Made by a program: the position numbers and the translations under genes. This document shows positions 59,030 through 64,000 of a stretch of DNA of 64,000 nt, piece by piece. How positions within the stretch are numbered: position 1 is the stretch's first letter; the number at the start of each line of letters is the position of its first letter. The notes beneath the pieces were generated by a model. It did not search any database. It saw nothing but the letters and a program-made list of their open reading frames with translations, and was not told where the DNA came from. Source of the DNA: Candidatus Latescibacterota bacterium (GTDB lineage Bacteria; Latescibacterota; UBA2968); assembly GCA_965222605.1 (NCBI GenBank), contig OZ244960.1:4832001-4896000 (forward strand), read 5' to 3'.

Positions 59030-59756
59030 AATATATGAAATCCGATTTGAATTTTTCAATGCAGTCGTGGCGCGTGCCTTCAAAGAGGTAGATTTTGCCA
59101 CGTATAGTCGCGGTTTCTCCAGGTTCGAGGGCACCTGCGCGAATTGACTGGTGCATGCAGCGCCAGGGGTTGTGACCTTGAACGGAGAGAAAGTCTGCCC
59201 AGGCTATGCCCGCTATCCATGTGCGATCTGTGGATTCGCGCATCAGAATGCCACCTGTGGCATTGGTGGGCGATGTGGGCCATTTGTCAGACCAGACGGT
59301 TTCGGTATCTATTGCGTTGCGATAGGTGTGGTTGTAGTGAATGTCGCGGTGGATGAGGGGGACCAGACCTTCTTCGGCGAGGAACCAGGTGCGCTCGTGG
59401 TCGTCGTCAAAAAATGTTTGGGTTTCGACGACTTCGGGCTGTTTGCCGGGGTTAAAGCAGGGGATGATCGCGGCAACTTCGGGCCAGGTGCGCTCGGTTT
59501 TGTTGGTGATAGAGAGCTGTAGGTTAGCCCCATTTTCACTGCCTGTGACATTGAGACGCAGACCGAGGTCGGGGTGTTCGAGGACACCCGCATTGTCGTC
59601 CAGTATTTTTTGCGGTACATGCGTGCCGCCCGTGTGCTGGCCCGGGTGTACAGCTTCAAACATGTTCCACTCGTAGAACCAGAGGTACATGGTCAAATCA
59701 TTTCGCCCCTCGGGCGAGAATGAAAATCCGCGTCGCCATTTATCTAATGTGATCAT
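59028..59756 (-). CDS. hypothetical protein
   Basis: 242-aa ORF filling the gap; no family recognised. Confidence 0.6.
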   Translation of the reverse strand: MITLDKWRRGFSFSPEGRNDLTMYLWFYEWNMFEAVHPGQHTGGTHVPQKILDDNAGVLEHPDLGLRLNVTGSENGANLQLSITNKTERTWPEVAAIIPCFNPGKQPEVVETQTFFDDDHERTWFLAEEGLVPLIHRDIHYNHTYRNAIDTETVWSDKWPTSPTNATGGILMRESTDRTWIAGIAWADFLSVQGHNPWRCMHQSIRAGALEPGETATIRGKIYLFEGTRHDCIEKFKSDFIY

Positions 59757-59766
59757 TCTTTAACTT

Positions 59767-59859
59767 TCAGCGGTCAGCAGTCAGCGGTTAGTCCCCGCTC
59801 AATTCCTCCGCCCTACGGGTTTCATCCTGCTCATCCTTTCATCCTGCTCATCCTGATCC
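59767..59859. repeat. short intergenic tandem repeats
   Basis: tcagcgg-type heptamer x3 and ttcatcctgctcatcct x2. Confidence 0.7.
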
Positions 59860-59863
59860 CGAT

Positions 59864-60631
59864 TCAGATATTTTTCTTCATCCCATTGGGCATGAAAATT
59901 TCGTGGCGTTTGGGGTCGGAGTAGCCTTCGATTTCCATGTGGGTGACGCCGGGGCTTTCGATAGCGGCTTTGACAATGTGTTTGTTAAATGTGCTTACAA
60001 TTTCGCTGGATAGATACTCTGGGACGGGCAACCAGAGGCATTCTTCGATTTCTTCGGCTTGAATGGAAATGTCTTCGCTCAGGGGCGAGAGGCGGCAGAC
60101 AAAGTAGATGTCCGATTTGTCGTAGCGGTAGCCGTGCCAGTGCCGGAAGCAGACCAATTTTTCAAATTTTGTACGTACCCCGGTTTCTTCGAAGACCTCG
60201 CGCTGGACGCAGTCGGCGATGTGTTCGCCCGGGTGCAGGGCACCTCCGGGAAGTTTGTAGTAGGGCCTTGAGGAGCTTCGGTGCAATTCGCTGACGACGA
60301 GGAGTTCTTCGCGTTCGTTGATGGCGACCCCGCCCGCACCTATGTAATGCGTGGCGTATTCGGGTATGAAGGCATTGGATTCGAGTTGTTTGGTGAGTAT
60401 AAGGTAGTCTGTTCCCGAGTGGTGAAATGAAAATCCCGCTTGTGTTGCCACTGGAATGAGCACGGCTCGTTCAATGGGGATGTTGATCCAAATGAGCTTA
60501 AATGCCTCGCGTTTCCATTCGTGGAGAGACGCAGAAAGGCGCGTGCGAAATTCTTCGGGATCGTGCGGCAATGCTGTTGGATCCAGTTCAATACCCTGAA
60601 AGCGGTTTGGCGTAGCTTCGAGTATTTGCAT
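59864..60631 (-). CDS. NUDT6-like Nudix hydrolase with pre-Nudix domain
   Basis: Nudix box GGALHPGEHIADCVQREVFEETG; LSASLHEW..., GFSFHH, YATHYIGAGG and KSDIYFVC. Confidence 0.88.
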   Translation of the reverse strand: MQILEATPNRFQGIELDPTALPHDPEEFRTRLSASLHEWKREAFKLIWINIPIERAVLIPVATQAGFSFHHSGTDYLILTKQLESNAFIPEYATHYIGAGGVAINEREELLVVSELHRSSSRPYYKLPGGALHPGEHIADCVQREVFEETGVRTKFEKLVCFRHWHGYRYDKSDIYFVCRLSPLSEDISIQAEEIEECLWLPVPEYLSSEIVSTFNKHIVKAAIESPGVTHMEIEGYSDPKRHEIFMPNGMKKNI

Positions 60632-60869
60632 AAGTTACCTCATAGATCAGTGCAAACCTGTAAAATTCAAAACAAGTCAATAGTATCGGATAGGATGGTT
60701 GTGAACCGGCACATGGTAAGGAACATCACAAAGGTGAGCAAGGGGTTTGCGGTGGGCAGTTCTACTTGACAGCGGTCATGAGGACAATCATATTGAATGA
60801 AGTAAAAAATGATGCGCGAGATTGAAACAGTTGATGCGTCAGAGGCGTTAAAGGCGAGAGAGGGATAAC

Positions 60870-62066
60870 ATGGTGTCTATTTTTGAACAGTTGGGTGTAC
60901 GCACTATTGTCAATGCTGCCGGGCCTGTCACGCGCTTGAGCGGAGCGCGCATGGATGCAGATGTGATCGATGCCATGTGCGAGGCTGCGCAGGTGTGTGT
61001 GGATATTGCAGAGCTACAGGCGGGAGCAGGGCAGTTGATTGCCGAGGTGACAGGTGCCGAAGCCGGGTATGTGACATCGGGCGCTGCTGCAGGTCTGGTG
61101 CTTGCGACAGCGGCGTGTGTTACGGGTATGGATCCGGGGAAGATGAACCGATTGCCCGATACGTCTGGGATGAAAAATGAGGTGATTATGCCCCGATCTC
61201 ATCGCAATTTTTACGATCACGCGGTGCGTTCGGTGGGTGTGTCACTCATTGAAGTGGGCATTCCAGATCGGTTTAGTGGCGCGGGGGTGCGCGATACAGA
61301 GGCCTGGGAAATTGCTGATGCGATGACCGATCAGACCGCGGCGATTGTTTATGTGGCGCAGTCTTTCGCGCAACCGCCTTTGCCACAGGTGACGGCTGTG
61401 GCGCACAAACACGGGGTGCCCGTCATCATCGATGCTGCTGGGCAGTTGCCGCCAGCGGCAAATTTGAAGCGGTTTATCAGCGAAGGCGCCGATGCAGTTT
61501 GTTTTAGTGGTGGGAAAACCATTGGCGGGCCTCAAGGGGCGGGCATCTTGTGTGGTCGCCGCGATCTGATTTCCGCAGCCGCATTGCAGCATCTCGATCT
61601 GGATGTGTATTATGATTTGTGGGATCCTCCGCCTGCGTTGATCGATAAATCCGCGTTGCCAGGTGCGCCACAGCACGGAATTGGGCGACCGTGCAAGGTG
61701 GGGAAAGAGCAGATTGCGGGTCTGATGGTTGCGCTGCAAAAGTTTGTCGCAGAGAGCGACGAGGCGCGGCAGTCCCGCTGGTCGCAGTGCCTTCAGAATT
61801 TGGCAGACGCGATAGGTAATTTGCCTGGGTGCGATATTCGCATGGAAGCTTATCGCACAATACCCATTTTGCGGCTTGCGCTTTCTTCTGCGGAAAGAGG
61901 CGTGGAGGTGGCGCAACAGTTAATGGAAGGTGATCCGAGTATTCACATTAGCACGTCGAGCGTTTATGATGGCGTGCTGATTTTTAATCCCGTGTGTTTG
62001 TCAGAAGATATGATCAAACCGATTGCCGATCGGTTAAAAGCGTTAATTACGAGTTGCGATTCATGA
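60870..62066 (+). CDS. SelA-like/DgaE-family PLP-dependent enzyme
   Basis: VNAAGPVTRLSG, TSGAAAG, FSGGK and IGRPCKVGKE. Confidence 0.85.
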   Translation: MVSIFEQLGVRTIVNAAGPVTRLSGARMDADVIDAMCEAAQVCVDIAELQAGAGQLIAEVTGAEAGYVTSGAAAGLVLATAACVTGMDPGKMNRLPDTSGMKNEVIMPRSHRNFYDHAVRSVGVSLIEVGIPDRFSGAGVRDTEAWEIADAMTDQTAAIVYVAQSFAQPPLPQVTAVAHKHGVPVIIDAAGQLPPAANLKRFISEGADAVCFSGGKTIGGPQGAGILCGRRDLISAAALQHLDLDVYYDLWDPPPALIDKSALPGAPQHGIGRPCKVGKEQIAGLMVALQKFVAESDEARQSRWSQCLQNLADAIGNLPGCDIRMEAYRTIPILRLALSSAERGVEVAQQLMEGDPSIHISTSSVYDGVLIFNPVCLSEDMIKPIADRLKALITSCDS

Positions 62067-62135
62067 GCTTCCCAACCATTGTACGCAGGCTTTGCCTGAG
62101 CGTTGATTATCCGCATTTTACGAAGGAGGCGTGCC

Positions 62136-62816
62136 ATGGGTGTTATCACTATTTCGAGGGAATACGGCAGTGATGGACGTACTGTTGCTCGGAAGGTTGC
62201 AGAGGCACTGTCCTATCACAATATAGATAAAGAATTGCTTGTCGAGGTGGCGCAAAAAGCCAAAGTGCCCGTGTCAGAAGTTGAACGCTATGACGAAATA
62301 CCCGAACATCCCGCGCTGAGAATTTTGCGAAAATTTCTCACGCCTGGATACGCAGATACCTTGACGGGGTTGTCGGAATACGAGTGGTGGGCAGCGGCGA
62401 CTGTGCCCGAGTTGTCGGAGCACAGGGATCAGGCACTGATAACTATGGATGAAGAGGTGTATGCGAAGTTGACCGCAGAAGTGGAGATACAGTTAGCCGA
62501 TCAGGGCGATGTGGTTTTACTGGGCAGAGGCGGGCAGGCTGTGTTGAAAGATCGCGAAGATACATTGCATGTGCGCGTGGTGGCGACACAAAATTTTAAG
62601 CTGGATGTGGTGAAAGATCGCGATCAATTGACTAATGACGAGGATGCAATAAGGCGGATGAGAGAAGTGGATGAGCGCCGCAGGACGTATATCAAACGCC
62701 ATTATAAGGTGAATTGGGATAATCCACATCTATACTCTGTCATAGTGAATACCGGCTTTCTGGGTGTTGACGGGGCCGTAGATGCGATTGTTTGTGCTGC
62801 GCAGAATGTGCTGTGA
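62136..62816 (+). CDS. cytidylate kinase-like family protein
   Basis: VITISREYGSDG, IDKELL, VVLLGRGG and D..R..Y. Confidence 0.85.
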   Translation: MGVITISREYGSDGRTVARKVAEALSYHNIDKELLVEVAQKAKVPVSEVERYDEIPEHPALRILRKFLTPGYADTLTGLSEYEWWAAATVPELSEHRDQALITMDEEVYAKLTAEVEIQLADQGDVVLLGRGGQAVLKDREDTLHVRVVATQNFKLDVVKDRDQLTNDEDAIRRMREVDERRRTYIKRHYKVNWDNPHLYSVIVNTGFLGVDGAVDAIVCAAQNVL

Positions 62817-62821
62817 CCCTA

Positions 62822-64000
62822 TCAAAGCCCCATTTCGATATACGCCCGTGCAATTTTTTCTATGGCGATGACAAAAGCAGCTGTGCGTAAATCCGGCACG
62901 TTGTCGCGAGAATTGCGGATTTCACTCATGGTTTGATATGCAGTGCTCATGGTGTCTTCGAGGCCAGAGCGTACGAGGTCCAGTTCATCTGAGCCGTAAG
63001 AGAGCTTTGATTTGAGATGGTCGGGAACGGGTTTGCCAATCATTTCTTCCAGGGCATTGATGATTTGTGCGCCGCGATGTGCTTCGTGGCGTCTGTCGAG
63101 GCGTCCGAAGCGGATGTGTGAGAGGTTCTTTATCCATTCAAAATAAGAAACCGTGACGCCGCCCGCATTGAGGTAGGCGTCGGGTATGATGGTTTTTCCG
63201 GCTTCGCGCAATACGTTGTCAGCCATGTAAGTGACAGGGCCGTTGGCCGCTTCTGCAATTACGGGCGCTTTGATGCGTCTGGCATTTTCAAGTGTGATCT
63301 GACCTTCAATGGCGGCTGGTATGAGCACATCGCATTCTGCTTCGAGCAGGCTTTTGCCATTTGCGATATAGGTGGCTCCCGGAAAGTGTTTTAATGATCC
63401 GCGTTCCGCGCGATAAGCAGCGACTTCTTCAACTGAGAATCCCTTCTCTGACAGGATTGCTCCTTCGCGTTCAATAATGCCGATGATGCGCGCACCACCT
63501 TCTTCTTCGAGAAATTTGGTCGCGTGAAAACCCACATTGCCCAATCCTTGCACGATAATGCGTTTGTCTTCCAAATTGCCTTCCAGTCCCGCGTTTTTGA
63601 CGTCTTCTGAGTTATTAAAAAATTCTTTGATGCCGTAAAATACACCCCGCCCTGTTGCTTCAACGCGCCCCTGAATACCGCCCTGGGAAAAGGGTTTGCC
63701 CGTTGTGCAGGCAATGGCGTTGATGTCTTCGGGGTGCAGGGTGCTATAGGTGTCTGAGATCCAGGCCATTTCTCGTTCTCCGGTTCCCATGTCGGGTGCT
63801 GGGACGTTGAGGGCTGGATTGATATATCCCTTTTTGATCAATTCTTGTGCAAAACGTCGGGTAATGCGTTCGAGTTCATGCTCGTTGTATTCGCGGGGAT
63901 CAATGCATAGGCCACCTTTGGCACCGCCAAAGGGCACATCGACGATCGCGCATTTGTACGTCATGAGCGCGGCGAGTGCTTCCACGTCGTCCTGGCTGAC
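62822..64000 (-). CDS. gdhA: Glu/Leu/Phe/Val dehydrogenase (glutamate dehydrogenase), 5' end outside window
   Basis: MTYKCA, PFGGAKGG, VPAPDMGT, QGLGNVG, EAANGP and NAGGVTVSYFEW. Confidence 0.93.
   Translation of the reverse strand, partial: VSQDDVEALAALMTYKCAIVDVPFGGAKGGLCIDPREYNEHELERITRRFAQELIKKGYINPALNVPAPDMGTGEREMAWISDTYSTLHPEDINAIACTTGKPFSQGGIQGRVEATGRGVFYGIKEFFNNSEDVKNAGLEGNLEDKRIIVQGLGNVGFHATKFLEEEGGARIIGIIEREGAILSEKGFSVEEVAAYRAERGSLKHFPGATYIANGKSLLEAECDVLIPAAIEGQITLENARRIKAPVIAEAANGPVTYMADNVLREAGKTIIPDAYLNAGGVTVSYFEWIKNLSHIRFGRLDRRHEAHRGAQIINALEEMIGKPVPDHLKSKLSYGSDELDLVRSGLEDTMSTAYQTMSEIRNSRDNVPDLRTAAFVIAIEKIARAYIEMGL

Noticed and set aside
60870-62066. Selenocysteine synthase selA
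   Set aside because: Shorter DgaE-like form with no selB/selC nearby

Overview
Bacterial chromosomal window. The gene content (sulfatases, a plant-type LRR lipoprotein, a large outer-membrane barrel, dapL) suggests an FCB-group, possibly sponge-associated organism, but that is inference only. Housekeeping blocks (metF, xth, tldD/tldE, rsmB, sat, moaC/moeA, rng-rplU-rpmA-mdh, dapL, gdh) surround two defence islands. Island 1 (about 12.2-19.2 kb, just downstream of tRNA-Lys-CTT) holds a type IIG R-M fusion, an ApeA-like HEPN gene, a frameshifted second copy of the R-M gene 3' end, and a small-protein plus SDH/ClpP-fold protease pair. Island 2 (about 25.3-44.9 kb) is a type I R-M operon whose hsdM, hsdS and hsdR are pushed apart by cargo: an IS110/IS1111 element with a likely bridge-RNA region, a membrane protein, a DUF433/PIN pair, a second DUF433 coupled to a TIR protein, a stand-alone DarG C-terminal domain, an IS4/IS701-like element, two Schlafen(AlbA_2)-HATPase genes and an IrrE/DUF4411 pair. 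Three signals stand out. (i) Toxin-binding halves of antitoxins are attached to R-M subunits: a BrnA N-terminus is fused to HsdR behind a brnT remnant, and the DarG CTD is coupled to hsdS. (ii) Cargo looks like accreted cassettes although no integrase is present, as shown by attL/attR-like hybrid hairpins, long flanking direct repeats and a shared promoter module. (iii) There is a family of non-coding elements made of 11-bp phased repeats around IHF-like sites. All family calls come from motif recognition by eye, not database searches.
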